Numbered from the stretch's first letter, positions 24,777 through 37,989 are shown. The stretch: 64,000 bases of DNA from Neoconidiobolus thromboides FSU 785 (GCA_025603075.1 MU626269.1:124001-188000), one strand, 5' to 3'. The notes: generated by a model not told the origin, from the letters alone. Made by a program: numbers and translations.

Positions 24777-25652
24777 TATTAATTTTCTAGCTATTTTAAA
24801 ATTTATATCATCCTAAAAATAATCTTATTTAAAATACTGACTAAACTGCTTCTTTAACAATTGTTATAATACAAATTATTTGTTTCTTGACTATTTGCAC
24901 AATATAAATTGTAATTTTTTAACTTAATTTAATACTGCCATATTTACTTAATTTGGTAATACAAGCATACTTTTTTTAACCCTTTGGGTACCGGACATCA
25001 TAAAAAAAATTCTCTTTGATTGGATCGGAATTTTCGATTCATCTTTTGATTAGTGAAGGATAATTTTTACTTGGCCAAGGCTAACTTGACGAGCATAGCT
25101 CGTCCACGGCAAAGTGATCAAGAAGCAAAATACGATTTGGATGTCTTTTTGCTTCAGCATTTTTATTTTTTTTATTTAAAAATTTATCACTCGAATCGAA
25201 CAAAAAATATTTCACTATAAATTTTGATTTTTTATACAATTGGCTTTACTTCTTAAACTAACTAATATAACAAAATGTTGCTATATTTCTATTCCAGCTG
25301 TGACATAATGTAAAATAGCCTTAAGTCAAGGAATGTTGAAAAAGCAATCATGTTTTAACAGAGTCAGTTAAAGCTTTCAATAAACTACTACAGTTCATAT
25401 TGTTGTTTTAGCAACACTAATCTAAAAAGAGGAACTCAATTGGTCAATTCGAACTCAAAAATAGCTGCAGCCAATAAAAGCTCAAGCTAAATCTACCAAC
25501 TAAATTGAAGAATTTTTCGAAACGATAGGGCCTTAAAAATTTGTTTAAAAAATTTTAAACCCTGTTAAAAAATAATTGCAAATGGGATAAGCGATTTCTT
25601 TCTCTCTAGTAAGAAAACCAACACTTTAAGGTTATCTTTATTATTTATCACC

Positions 25653-26360
25653 ATGTCTGAACAAGTAATAAATTTATTTAATACTATATAAATTGCAGGT
25701 TTCATTTTGTATATCGAACAGTTACTTTTTTCAACATGAATTCGTGTTTTTAGTAAATTAGAAATAACATACAATAAGAAAGTTTCAAAAGATATCGAAC
25801 CTCGCTATGAACCTAAATAAAAATAATGGATAAACAAAGATATTAACCCACCTCTTCACTAGGTTGAAAAAGCTTTCCAAAAGCAAGCCGGAGTCTTCCT
25901 TAATGGTAAAGGAGCCAAAAAGAGCAAAAACTTACGTTGGTATAAAGATGTAGGTCTTGGTTTCAAGACCCCAAAAGAAGCCATTGAAGGTACCTATGTT
26001 GATAAGAAATGCCCATTCACTGGTGATGTTTCTATCCGTGGACGTATCCTTACTGGAACCGTTATGTCTACCAAGATGAAGCGTACCATCATCATCCGTC
26101 GTGATTATCTTCATTATATTCCTAAATATAACCGTTATGAAAAACGTCATAAGAACTTGGCTGCCCATCTTTCACCATGTTTCATTGGTGTCCAAAATGG
26201 TGACCTTGTTACTGTTGGTCAATGCCGGTAAGCCAAGATTTTAAGAGTTTTTATTTTATATAATAATAATATTTTTAGTCCTCTTTCTAAGACTGTTAGA
26301 TTCAACGTTCTTAAAGTACAAAAAGCTATTTCTGGAAGCAAACAATTCACCAAATTTTAA
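25653..26360 (+). CDS. RPS11: 40S ribosomal protein S11 (uS17), 3 exons
   Basis: MSEQ|[53 protein letters not shown]|[10 protein letters not shown]; introns 25665-25862 and 26228-26278. Confidence 0.97.
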
Positions 26361-26495
26361 AGCTAGAGAGCATTAAAATTGAAAGAATAATAAAAGAAAA
26401 TAAGAGAATACAAAAGTTATTTAATTAAAACACATAAGCCATGATTTTAAATTGTATACTAAGAATTTAATAGATTAGAATGTTTATTTGTACTT

Positions 26496-27601
26496 TTATT
26501 TTTCTTCTTCCTTTAAGCGCGCTTGATCAGCTACTAATTGTATGTTATATTTTTTGTATTTGTTAAAATCGGTTAGTACACTTATCCCACAGATAGACTA
26601 GTAAACGAATTAGATAATTAAAAGAACAGATTAGTAAAATAAACATACCTTAAAGATTTCAACCACAATAGTTAGATCAGGGTTGTCGAGGTCTACCTTA
26701 TGCTCTGGACCAACAATAGCAGCTAATGATTGGATAACTTTGTCTTTTTCAATTTCTCCACAGTTTCTTTTTTTAAATACTATACCAAACTAAAAAGAAA
26801 TTAGATACAGCTTATAAGTTAATAAAAACTCAAAGTTTTACCTTTTTTGGGTCAATTTTACCAGTAGTTTCATCTGGAGTATGGAAAAAGGGCAAAAATA
26901 ACTTTTTAGCCAAGGACTCGATATCAGGTATGTTAGCATAACAGGTGTTCATAATGGGTAGAATGCGTGAAATATGTCTACCAAAAACAAAAATAAATAA
27001 ATATGAAAATGTTTTAAGAGCTTTGAGCATACTTTGTTTTAGTAATCCCAGTTTCAGCTACCTTTTCAAATAGCTTTTGAATAAAAGGGACAGGCTCCAC
27101 AGGTTGCTTTGTAAATAAAAAAGCCATACAATCTACCTGAGTTTTCAGGGAACCAAAATAGAACTTATTCTTTTTTTTGCTGGATAATCCTTCAATCTCT
27201 TTAGTTATCTCAGCTTCTATGTCTTTTTCTTCTTCTTCAGGGGTATCGGAAATGTCTAACTCTGGATACACTTCCTTTGCAAACTGAAGATAAAGTTACT
27301 GGGTTAGTTTATAACAATTATTTTTAAGTACCTCATTAAAAAGTGTTAAAGCTTCTGAGATGCAGCTCTTTTCTCTATTTCTATCACAGAATAGAATGAT
27401 ACCCGGTAACCCTGGGTTTACTTCAAACACCGTTTTAAGACCTGTTCTATCCTGAATTTAAAAGTGAATTATTAAATCATAGCTCTCTTTTACTTTCTCA
27501 CTTATTCAAAGGCTTACTTTCGACTTCATGTATACCATCGTACGGTGTTTTTTATTACTATTGATCTTAGTATCTCCTTTACTATCGTTGCGTTTGCCCA
27601 T
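26496..27601 (-). CDS. TAN1: THUMP-domain tRNA acetylation cofactor (Tan1/THUMPD1), multi-exon
   Basis: PGIILFCDRNREKSCISEALTLFNE; acidic 'DIEAEITKEI'; TKYAQ|RILPI; 'VDLDNPDLTIVVEIFK|SICGISVL..KYNI'. Confidence 0.85.
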
Positions 27602-28066
27602 CTTTGTGTATCAAGGAAATAAACTTAAAAAAATTCAAACGCTTTTGTAATTTACATTTGAATCTTTGTTTATATCCCACAAGTTTTTAACTAATTTACA
27701 AATTTCGCCCCTAAAAAAAAATAAAAAGTATATCATTGTCTTAATTAATAAGTAAGGATAATAATAAATGGTTTGATACCCATTTACAGCGGGCCTATGT
27801 ATTAGGTCAACCAATCTTTGTATACCTATAGGTTGTCCTATTACTTTCCTTTAGTAGAATAGAGTTGAAAGCAGTTGATGATGACTTGGGTTTTTTTGGA
27901 CCTCGCTTTAGAAGGGGTAATCTTAATAAAGTTACATTGTAAACTGGGGGAGATTTGGGATATTTTAAAATAAATACAAAAGTAAAGTATATCAACAAAA
28001 AAACAATGCTTGAATAAAGAAATGATAAAAATTGAATTTAACTTTATAAAACACAGATTTTATTTA

Positions 28067-30208
28067 CTATACATATTTTGATATAATCGGTTCCATAACA
28101 ACAAAACAATCCTTAACTAAAGCCCACCTCTTAGATCCAAATGATAATCTCTTTTTAAGGTTCAACACAAATTGTTTAATTTTTTTGATGACCCAGTCAG
28201 GCAATACTGACTCTTGATGTCTTCGTAATATCATTAGAAATACTAGTATCATTTGTAAATTGGAATACCAAAACCATGGTGTTAATATCATCTCTAATTT
28301 GCCATTAAAGCTGCTTATGATAGTGTCCATCATACGGGAACAATAAAAGCACTTTTCAATCTTATTTAGTTGATGATATTGCTGGAATAAAATTTGGTTA
28401 CTAAACAATATCTCAAGTTTGTTCTTATTAGTCTCATTCTTGCTATTAATTTCTATCATTTCATTACTGCCAATTTGAAATTTGTTGATGTCTATTAAGT
28501 AAGAAAAAAAGTATATATTCAATATGTTTAATAAATAATCGTTTTTTGTTGGTAAATAAATAACATGGTCTTTTGATGATGGACAATCAAATTCGGGTAA
28601 TTTTAAATACCATTTTAAAGCTGCCGTTTCAAGGATATCATATGATTTAACTTTGTTGACACTGTTATTAGCATCGCTATGATTGGTATTATTTTCTCCA
28701 TGATTAAATTCCGCCAATACGGTTTTAAAGAAAGACGAGTTTGGTATTTTGAATTTGATCTCTTCTTTTAATTTATATTTCTTGTTTAAATTATCCATTT
28801 TTGACATTAATTTCATTAGTTTACAAACCGATTGGAAATATTTTAAACTGTTTTCTCCCTTAATTTGTAACATTTCTGGTACTTCAATAATCTTATTTTT
28901 ATCTTCTATATTCACCATAATGATACTGTCATTGATATTGGGATAATCAATTAGCCCTTCTGCTCCAATCCAACTCAATCTATTTGTACAATGAGACATT
29001 AATACTTCATTAATACTTAATAGCCATAATGTCCGTGCTATTATCTGTCGATTTGTTTTGCTACGAAAGGGACATGACTTAGAAAAATAGCCTAACTGCA
29101 TGGACATCCGATGTGCAAGTCCTCCAAAGAACCACGCATTACACAAAATCGAATTGGACTCAGTACTATTGAGATGTAAACCTATTAAGGTACATGCTTG
29201 TATTACGTTTAAATTTGGCTTCAAATAGCACTTTTTAATATAAAATAAGATTTTGTTGGAAAAATACTCATCAAACTTGTTAGCTAAATTTCGATTGGGA
29301 TAAAAAGAGGAACCGCATAAACAAATCACATATAATAGAGTCAAAAAGGGGTAATTGTTGGGCTTACAATGATTTAATTGATAGTAAAATGATGTTGGTG
29401 ATATGATAGGATAAAAAGTGTTCAAGTAAATAAAATATAAATTAATTACTTCATTCTGGTATGTTTTATTAATCACTGTCTTTGATACTGGGAATGTTGA
29501 ATTAAATAACTTTTTAATTGGATTGTTATTATTTAAGATATTATTCAATATATTACTATTGGTATTACTCTTATTTGTTAGATTATTATAATAATTATTA
29601 TTGCTATCATCATTGCCATTTACTCCATTATTAGTGTTATTCAGCAACTTTAAATTAATTGAAACATAGCTTGTTGCTAACGATGGACCAGTGTAAAAAT
29701 AATCTCCCTCCTCATTAATACTGATTTGTGCTTTACTATTATTTATGATTGACAGTTTGAGCATCTGTTGAATTAAATTTAAGGCTGGATTTAATTGAGG
29801 TTTGTTCAATAAGCTGAATATGAAGTTGGTATCAATTTTATTATAATTTTCTTTGTCAACTTGCAATTTAGCTAATGTTGTCGTTAATTGCTCATTATTT
29901 ATACCTGTACCATAGATAATATTATTATTTACATTACTATTTCCATCATTCGCAGGTAATATCCTCACAGTAGGGAATAGTTGCTGTTGACTTCTATTAA
30001 CATTATTTAGATTATTGATAATCCTATTATAAGTGCATGGATAGTTTAAATTGACACAATTAGAACAACGGGGGTATTCTCTGCTACATTTAACCTTTCT
30101 TAACTGACATACGTCGCATACTTTAGCTTTAGGACCCCTTGGTCTTTTAGGTAAATTGGATTGATGGATATTGATACGTTCAATAGACACTTTGTTTCTT
30201 CTACCCAT
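28067..30208 (-). CDS. Zn(II)2Cys6 fungal transcription factor with middle homology region
   Basis: CDVCQLRKVKCSREYPRCSNCVNLNYPC; YF..LNTFYPII; AWFFGGLAHRMSMQLG. Confidence 0.92.
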   Translation of the reverse strand: MGRRNKVSIERINIHQSNLPKRPRGPKAKVCDVCQLRKVKCSREYPRCSNCVNLNYPCTYNRIINNLNNVNRSQQQLFPTVRILPANDGNSNVNNNIIYGTGINNEQLTTTLAKLQVDKENYNKIDTNFIFSLLNKPQLNPALNLIQQMLKLSIINNSKAQISINEEGDYFYTGPSLATSYVSINLKLLNNTNNGVNGNDDSNNNYYNNLTNKSNTNSNILNNILNNNNPIKKLFNSTFPVSKTVINKTYQNEVINLYFIYLNTFYPIISPTSFYYQLNHCKPNNYPFLTLLYVICLCGSSFYPNRNLANKFDEYFSNKILFYIKKCYLKPNLNVIQACTLIGLHLNSTESNSILCNAWFFGGLAHRMSMQLGYFSKSCPFRSKTNRQIIARTLWLLSINEVLMSHCTNRLSWIGAEGLIDYPNINDSIIMVNIEDKNKIIEVPEMLQIKGENSLKYFQSVCKLMKLMSKMDNLNKKYKLKEEIKFKIPNSSFFKTVLAEFNHGENNTNHSDANNSVNKVKSYDILETAALKWYLKLPEFDCPSSKDHVIYLPTKNDYLLNILNIYFFSYLIDINKFQIGSNEMIEINSKNETNKNKLEILFSNQILFQQYHQLNKIEKCFYCSRMMDTIISSFNGKLEMILTPWFWYSNLQMILVFLMILRRHQESVLPDWVIKKIKQFVLNLKKRLSFGSKRWALVKDCFVVMEPIISKYV

Positions 30209-33200
30209 CAGATTAAAATAATTATTGAATAAACTTAAAAGAAGTAAAGAAACAATTTATACTTTCATTATTAATGCATTTAACATTTTGGTACTTTAGC
30301 TTTGGCATAAGTTAAGTAATCATGGATTATTAGGAAATTACCCTCAATAAAACTATATTGATAAATTTAATTACAACAAATTATTGGTTAAAATAATATA
30401 AAGAAGAGGTTTCATATCTTTTTTTAGAATCATTGATTCTAATTTAAATTAATTTAAACCTTAACAATCTAGGTGTGCTACTATAAATATTGTATTTTTT
30501 TAACAAAAAATAATTAATAATAGTTAAATTCTTTTGTTATTTTAATTTTAAATTAATTTAGTTAGTGGTCGTTAATATTTTCAAAACTACCTAAATCTTG
30601 ATAATAGCTTATTATTCTAGTTTATATTCCTTCTATCTTATAATAAATATCCCTTAAAGCTCTATTTGGGATTTAATTGGTTAATAATAGCGATAAGTTT
30701 CTTCTTTTTTCTATTTTAAAAATAACAACAAAGATTAGGATTAGGGAGATGATGATATAAAATTTATAAATAATATCCTTATGTTTGTAAGTTGATAGGT
30801 AGGTTAGTAAAATAAAGAAGTAAAATAGCAAATGGGGTAACTGTTAATACATGATGTATTTCCTTACTCCAGAAACTTAAAGTTGAGCATAAATTCAAAT
30901 ACATTATTTACAAGCTCTCCAGCAATTATAAAGAGATACATAGGTTGAATTAAATTTTGTACAATTCCAAAAAATTGCATAATACTTAAAATTCACATAA
31001 AATAATCTATACTTTATTAAAGCTAAGCCACATATCTCACTTTTTTGCACAATTGTACTGTCTCAAAGATATCAATATCAATTTTAAATATCATGCAATT
31101 CTTTGAAATTATACGAAACTTAATTCAACTTGAGTGTAGTTGAAAGGCATCTTAAGGGTAAAGTTATGAGTGTTTTATGTGCGAGTTCCCAAAAAATCCC
31201 TGCTGGCTCACAGTAAGGTTTTTCTTATGGAACAAAAGCCAATGATAAAAAATTAGATTTAGTTCCATATTCGAATCTCGAATGATAATATAGCTAAATT
31301 AAAGAGGACATAGTCTTCTAACAAAAACGATTAAAAAAAGGTTTTAGTTGCATTACAGTTGATATTTCATGTATTTGTCATGTGAACTTTATCACTTTAG
31401 TATTTTCTACACAATTAACCATGGTGAATAAGAAGTCAAGAGCTAAGCTTGGCCCAAAGTTTGACTGGTCAAATTCAATAAGTATATATATTATTCTTGA
31501 ATTATACATAAGACTTGCATAACATTTTTGTTTAAATAAAGCAATTTATGAGAATATTATTGAATTATTGTTTTTGGTTATTTTTAAGCTTTTTTTAATG
31601 TCTGTAAAACATTTATATTCCAATTTATAGCTTTTATCAGTAGCACTACCAATTGGTTATTTTTATCTATGTATTTTAAGGGTTAGTTAATGTTACGACT
31701 ATATAAACTAGTGATATATATAAAGATCCCTATTATTGAAAAAGTGCGAAATTCATAACTTCAAATTAATGGAAATAAATATTAAATTGAACTCAATAAG
31801 TCAATTTGTATATATAATACTTTGCATAATATTGTTTTTAGAAAGGTAATACTTACATACATGTCGTCCATATGAATTTAATATGTTTAATTTAAAGGAT
31901 TTCATTTCAGAATCAAACTTTGTTTACCTACACAACTAATAGTTTTAATGACTAAAGCCAAAATAAAGTTATTAAAAGTATACAATATTTGAAAGGAGGT
32001 TGAATTTTATTAAGGTATAAAGGAGAATGAAAATAAAATACATATATAAAAAGATTTTTTTAAAGCTATTTTTATATAGTTCATATATTAAAACCCTCAC
32101 AACTTTAATAATAATTGAACCATATAATTGAAGAATTAGCTGCCGTAAATTTAAAACATGTTAGGTGAGGTAAATTTAGGGAAATAAATTATTATATAGA
32201 GACTATTTATTAGTTTAGCGTAAAACAATGGAACATTTTAAAGTTTAGTAACTTGAGATAATCTCATCTAAACTTTTAAATAATTATAAGTGTTAAATGG
32301 AAAGAGTGATTAATATAATCTTTAGAGAAACAATTCATTTGATTCACCATCAGATTTCGACAAGTTATTAGGTATTTTTAGAAAAGCCGTAATAGCCTGC
32401 TTTGTAACTTATTTCATTCGGTTTAAATATATTGTTTTTTATATAATAATTAATTAGGTTACAGCAAATTAATTTGACAATAAATCAAAATCTATTGAAT
32501 TTTATTAAATAATTTGACTCTTTTAGAGGCAAACCTGGTTATGTAATTTGATAAGCAATTTAAAATTTAAAGTGTTATTTCCATACCTAACTAACATGTC
32601 AATATAAAAAACTCTTCATTATCAATTACTATACTTTCAGAAAATTAGCCAATGTTATTTAATGAGCATATAACAACTTCTATTTTTGTAAAACTTCTAA
32701 AGCTTTGACTTTTTGACTTTTTGACTTTTTGACTATTAAAGTAGATTGACTAAATAGTTGGCTTTAAATCATCCAACAAAGAATTTTAATAGGATGTTAG
32801 TTTATGATATTAACATTAATGTATATATTAAAAAACCCAAGGTTCTAAATATTGATTCTACCAATTAATGTTTGGGTATAAATTAAATTCAAAACTATAT
32901 TATAGTACTTTCTCATAAAAGTATGAATTCTGGCTCAACTTTAAGTATAAACTTTAAGTATAAATAACAATAATCACGCCCTTTCTCTATATCATTATAG
33001 CCTAAATTAATACAACTATTCAAATTGGTCACTATTTTGATCCCAATATTCTAACTAAAATACTAATATACTATAAGTGAAATCATAAAGCCATCAATTG
33101 TTTAAATTTCAGCTGACTTCTATACTATAGCCCCTATGTAATTATTAGAATCAAATATCTTTTTTGACGTTGTTACTATTCACTTTTGATATTTCATAAT

Positions 33201-33589
33201 ATAAGTATTCATCAATTTAGTTAATCTATTTCAATTAATTATAAATGAACTGGGACAATAGATTACATTTAAATAGCAAATTAACAATTATCATGGACTT
33301 TAATTTGCTGCAACTAGTAACTCAAATAAAGTAAATTTTCAAGCCTTCCATAAAAGGAATTAATTTTATATCACAATACATTACGCCAATAAAATTTCAC
33401 TTAGCTTTAATAATTAAGCTAATTAATGATATATACTATAAATTTTTACAAAATTAATCAATTTCAAATCTTTAGTAACATCTTATGTCACGTGAAATAC
33501 ATTAATTGTATAAATATGAAGCCACTTACTTTAAGTTAAATATCAAAATAGAAATTTAATTTATTAAAACTTCAAATAATTCAAATAAA

Positions 33590-34517
33590 ATGTATTCTAC
33601 CATCCCAATCTTCAATGCTATTCACAAAAAGAAATCACCTTTTATTACTAAACTAGCTGAGTAAGTAGTTTGCTAAAAGATGCTAACTAAATACTAATAT
33701 ATTATCTAGAATCCTAAGTAAACCCGAATACTCGGATATTATAAGTTGGGATGTATCTGGCGATAATATACTTATCCATCACATTGTAAGATTTGAGCTG
33801 GAGGTACTCCCAATTTACTTTGATAGCTCACGTATGGATTCTTTTTCAAGGCAGCTTAACGTAAGTCAATCATTATACAGTTTGAGTAACTTGTTAAATA
33901 AATTTATATAGTTATATGGCTTTAAAAGAGTTTCAGATGGCAGAAAACAACGATCAGGGCCACTTGATAGAGGATGTATGTTTAATTGTCCATTTTTTAA
34001 GAGGGATAGACCGGATCTTTGTCACCTTATATCGAGAAAAAAAAAAGGTCAAACCAAAACAAAGTTCACCGAAACGATAACAAAGAAAAAGATGGAGCCT
34101 AATTCTAAATCTTCACCAAAATTAAAGCCAAAACCAATAATAATACCCAATAATGATCAATTTAATCAAAGTTTTTCATTTTCTACTACTGCAACTCAAT
34201 TTTATCATGATCCTTTACAAGTTTGCTATACTACTTCTCAATTGAGTAAACCATTTTATCCTTACTCTACTTTTCTAACTCCAGTCACTTATACCAATGA
34301 TTTTTATAGCGCTGCTTATGAAAATTGTTTTATTGGCGATGGAGCAATGACTACATACCCATTTATGATAGACTCACACTCAAGTATGAACCAAATAGAC
34401 AGTGCATGCTCATCTAATTTATCATCACCAGGATTATGTGCTTATTTTGATACTACATCACAACCTCAGTATTATCAAGAAGCTTTTGCTACTAGTCTTG
34501 GCCAACCTAATGTTTAA
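33590..34517 (+). CDS. HSF-type DNA-binding-domain protein, second paralog (3 exons)
   Basis: Introns 33661-33709 and 33861-33911 give SPFITKLAEILSKPEYSDIISWDVSGD..VLPIYF..SFSRQLNLYGFKRVSDGRK..FKRDRPDLCHLISRK. Confidence 0.88.
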
Positions 34518-35222
34518 AATTTGATTACCGTTTTTTAACAAAAGTATTATTATTTAATTTTTTTCAACTCTAATTTATCTCCAAAAGTTTAAGTGGATAT
34601 GTTCTTTCTTAGCTATTTTCTCTTATAAAATAAATATTTATATATAATATAGACTGGATTTAGTGCTCAGGGTATTAGGACTTTTCACTTTTGTTGGCTA
34701 TAGAGTTAGCTTAATGCTAGAACTTTTTAAGTATATTTGAAATAATTGAATTATTTAATCTATTAAATATTGGAAATAGAAATTCAAACGATTAAAATAC
34801 GAATCGAAAAATTCGAGTGATTATTACAAGCTTTCATATTTAGTCTATAAACTAAATGGAAATGAATTGTCTGGTTACTTAGCCCCTTTTTATTCTTGAA
34901 GTTCTTTAATACAATTACTATCTTACACTAATCTCCTAATTTACGAATATTTCACGTACATTGGTTTAAACTGCTTGAACTCAAAAGCGGTAATAAATAT
35001 ATATATAATTTCTTTTTCATCTATTTAATTTATTTTCAAACAAATAATTGCATATTTCCATATTGAAAAATGAGCAATAAATAAATAAATTTGTCAATCT
35101 ATTGTGATACCCAAACCCAAGAGAAAAAGGACATTATTCTTATTTGTAACATTGGCAATAGCTAAGAATAACTTAATTTATTAAATTTCATTAATAGAAC
35201 TAACAAGTCATAACTCCGAATA

Positions 35223-35324
35223 TATGGGGGTGTATTTTTGTGTTTAAGAATTTTACTAATAATTTTTCCACTCAAATAGCGCTTAAAAAATAGAAAAAGT
35301 GAAGCCAAAAAAAACATCCACATA
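35223..35324 (+). mobile_element. MITE-like repeat copy
   Basis: Consensus match. Confidence 0.92.
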
Positions 35325-35877
35325 TTTTAGATTTAATTCATCTTTTATGACCATGGATAGTAATAATAGTTTGAAATAGTAGAGCTATAAAAAATACAAT
35401 AATGTGTAAGTAGAAATAGTATCAAATAATATCATTGAATTTATAAAACTAAAGAAATGAATCGACATTTTAATACTTTAAATTAAATTTCAAACTTTTT
35501 ATCTATTTATTAACTATTAACTATAGACTTGATAAATTGTTTATACCATTTCAACTAGTGATTTCATTTCAGTATCTTTAAACTATAAACTACATGGCAT
35601 ATGGATAATAAAACAATAATAAACAAATTTGGCGCACAGATACAACACATTACTTTGAACTATGTAAACAATGGTAACTAAAGAAAATAATGAAAAAATA
35701 GCGGCTACTTAAGCTCTAAAACTTAAAGAGAAAGTATCGAGGAATTAATATAATAGTTTATGCTCTTAATTATTCACAACACCAGACTATACTGTAGTTA
35801 ATGAAACAATAGATTTACCAGAGCGGTTAGTACTAAAAATAGTAGTTATTTATTTCATAATGTTAAGGTAAATTGCA

Positions 35878-35980
35878 TATGGGAGTGTTTTTTTTGACTT
35901 CATTATTTTTTCCATTTTTAAGCGCTATTTAAGCGGAAAGTTTGTTAGTAAAACTTCAAACAAAAAAATACAGCCCCATA
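35878..35980 (-). mobile_element. MITE-like repeat copy
   Basis: Reverse-complement match. Confidence 0.9.
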
Positions 35981-37510
35981 TTGTTCCTAACTAAATTAAG
36001 ATTGAACTTGGATTAGATTTATTATAGAAAATAATCTATTTGCTTTTAAAATTGTATCATCTTATAGAATACATTGTATACCAAAATATGGAAAACAGAT
36101 AACGCTTTAAACACACTTTAAAACTATCTTTCAAAACCAAAGGTAGCAATAACAATTTAAATAATAAAGATACATGAATAAAATGAATTTAAAGGTTCTA
36201 AAAAATAATGAAATAAAAGAGGGATAGTAATTATTAATCTATAAACTTAAAAAAGTAGGCTAAAGGTTTATTATTATAAAATAACTCACGATTCAAAGCT
36301 TTTTGTCTGCTAACTTTCTTTATTAGCTATAAGCTTAATAAATTGGTTATATCATTTCAGTATAATCAAGCTAGGAGCTAACGTCATGTGGATAATAAAA
36401 CGGGGACCAAAAACCAAACTTAACAAATAGATGCATCTAATAAGCTTCAAAGCATATAGCATAATGGTATTTAAAGAAGATAATGAAGAAAGCAGCGGCT
36501 ATTTAAGTTCTAGACTTTGAAGAGAAAGTTTTGAAAAACTAACTAGTTAAGTAATATCCTAAAAAACTTTAACATTGGCTATATTAGGGGTGCTAAAGCA
36601 TTTAATTTAATAAAGCGCCATCATTATAAGTAGTAATATTTTATTAAATTCAATAGTATAGATTTATTATAAAAAATAACTTATTATTTTTGTGAGGTTA
36701 TATAAATTTATAGGACTTATTATATATCAGATGTTAGAGAGCGGATAATACTTACAAGAGACCCATAAAAAAGATGGGAAACAATTTATCAATAGGATAC
36801 TACAGTCATAAAATTATAAAATATTCATGTATGATGATATTTTTACCGAGAAATTCCAAGAACCCGAGTGAAAATACATCCTTTCAAAACTTAAAGTTCA
36901 GTATTAAAAACTATAATCAACATTGTAATTTAACTATAACATTATCATTTTGATGAATAATGTTTATTATTTTAATTGATAAAATTCCAATACTTTCCAC
37001 ATTCGTAATAACAAATAAAGAAGTATTATCAATTGATTTTTATTTATGATTATTATTTAAGCTTTATTTGATGCCATGTCGTGAATTAATTAAATCAATT
37101 CCCTAAAAATTTATGAATGATATTGAAACTTGCCCTCTTCGGACCTTAAGCTATGATTTGAATAACCCAGCTATATATGATATTTAGCAGACAAAGGCAG
37201 GATTCAGACTTAGATAAGTAGATCATTATATCATCTAATGATATTGCCTAATATAGCATATTTGGTTTTTGTTGCCTAATATTATATAAAATTTATTAAA
37301 ATAAAATAGTTAATAGCTGAAATATATAATAGTATTTTTTTAACTTTACAACATCGATTTTATGTTGACTTAAATTTTGGATTAATTTAAAAGTATTGAA
37401 CTTATTTATTAATGAATAAATAAAATAAAATCGAAACTTTAATATTATATCTAAATTCTTAATAATAATATATATTAAATTATTTAGGTAAGATACTAAG
37501 TGAAACAAAT

Positions 37511-37584
37511 GTTTCCGTGGTGTAGTTGGTTATCACATCTGTCTAACACACAGAAGGTCTCCAGTTCGAATCTGGACGGAAACA
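37511..37584 (+). tRNA. tRNA-Val(AAC)
   Basis: GTTTCCG/CGGAAAC acceptor stem; TCTGT-CTAACAC-ACAGA anticodon arm; GTTCGAATC; downstream T-run. Confidence 0.96.
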
Positions 37585-37884
37585 AATGATTTTTTTTCTT
37601 TGGTTGAATAATTAATATTGACTTGGTGTATTTTTAACAGTTATTAATACTAAAATTTTTAATCCCAATTTGAATTTGTGAGCTTGCATGAGTATACAAA
37701 TAAGTTGCCCACTTACTAGCAGTTAGAGTAAAAATACTGATGATTGGGCAAATAATTCACATACCCATACCAGCTTAAATCAGAATCATTCAGCATTAAA
37801 ATAATATGTATAGTTATAGAATTACATTTAGTTAATCTTTATTTTATTTATAGAACTTATTTTATTTAACAGAACTAATTATTA

Positions 37885-37989
37885 TATGGGGATGTATTTT
37901 TGTATTTAAGAATTTTACTAATAATTTTTCCATTCAAATAGTGCTCAAAAAATGGAAAAATAATGAAATCAAAAAAAAACAGCCTCATA
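37885..37989 (+). mobile_element. MITE-like repeat copy
   Basis: Consensus match. Confidence 0.92.

Noticed and set aside
27770-27998. GC-richer patch with a 63-aa minus-strand ORF and GATGATGA
   Set aside because: No recognisable protein, no downstream CTGA, and no clean exon structure; it may be UTR or promoter sequence between TAN1 and the Zn-cluster gene.
32350-32425. Minus-strand YYGFSK resembling an HSF fragment near the second HSF gene
   Set aside because: The preceding RQLN and the rest of the domain are absent; likely chance.
36490-36640. GYLSSRL...LAILGVLKHL resembling Ty3/Gypsy RNase H
   Set aside because: Spacing between the motifs is wrong, the catalytic acidic residues and TDH are not seen, and there is no flanking RT or integrase.
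37128-37143. Short matches to the U6 3' hairpin (CCCTCTTCGGA) and to U14 (AACTTGCCCTCT)
   Set aside because: Only 11-12 nt, no extension and no box structure; cannot be distinguished from chance.
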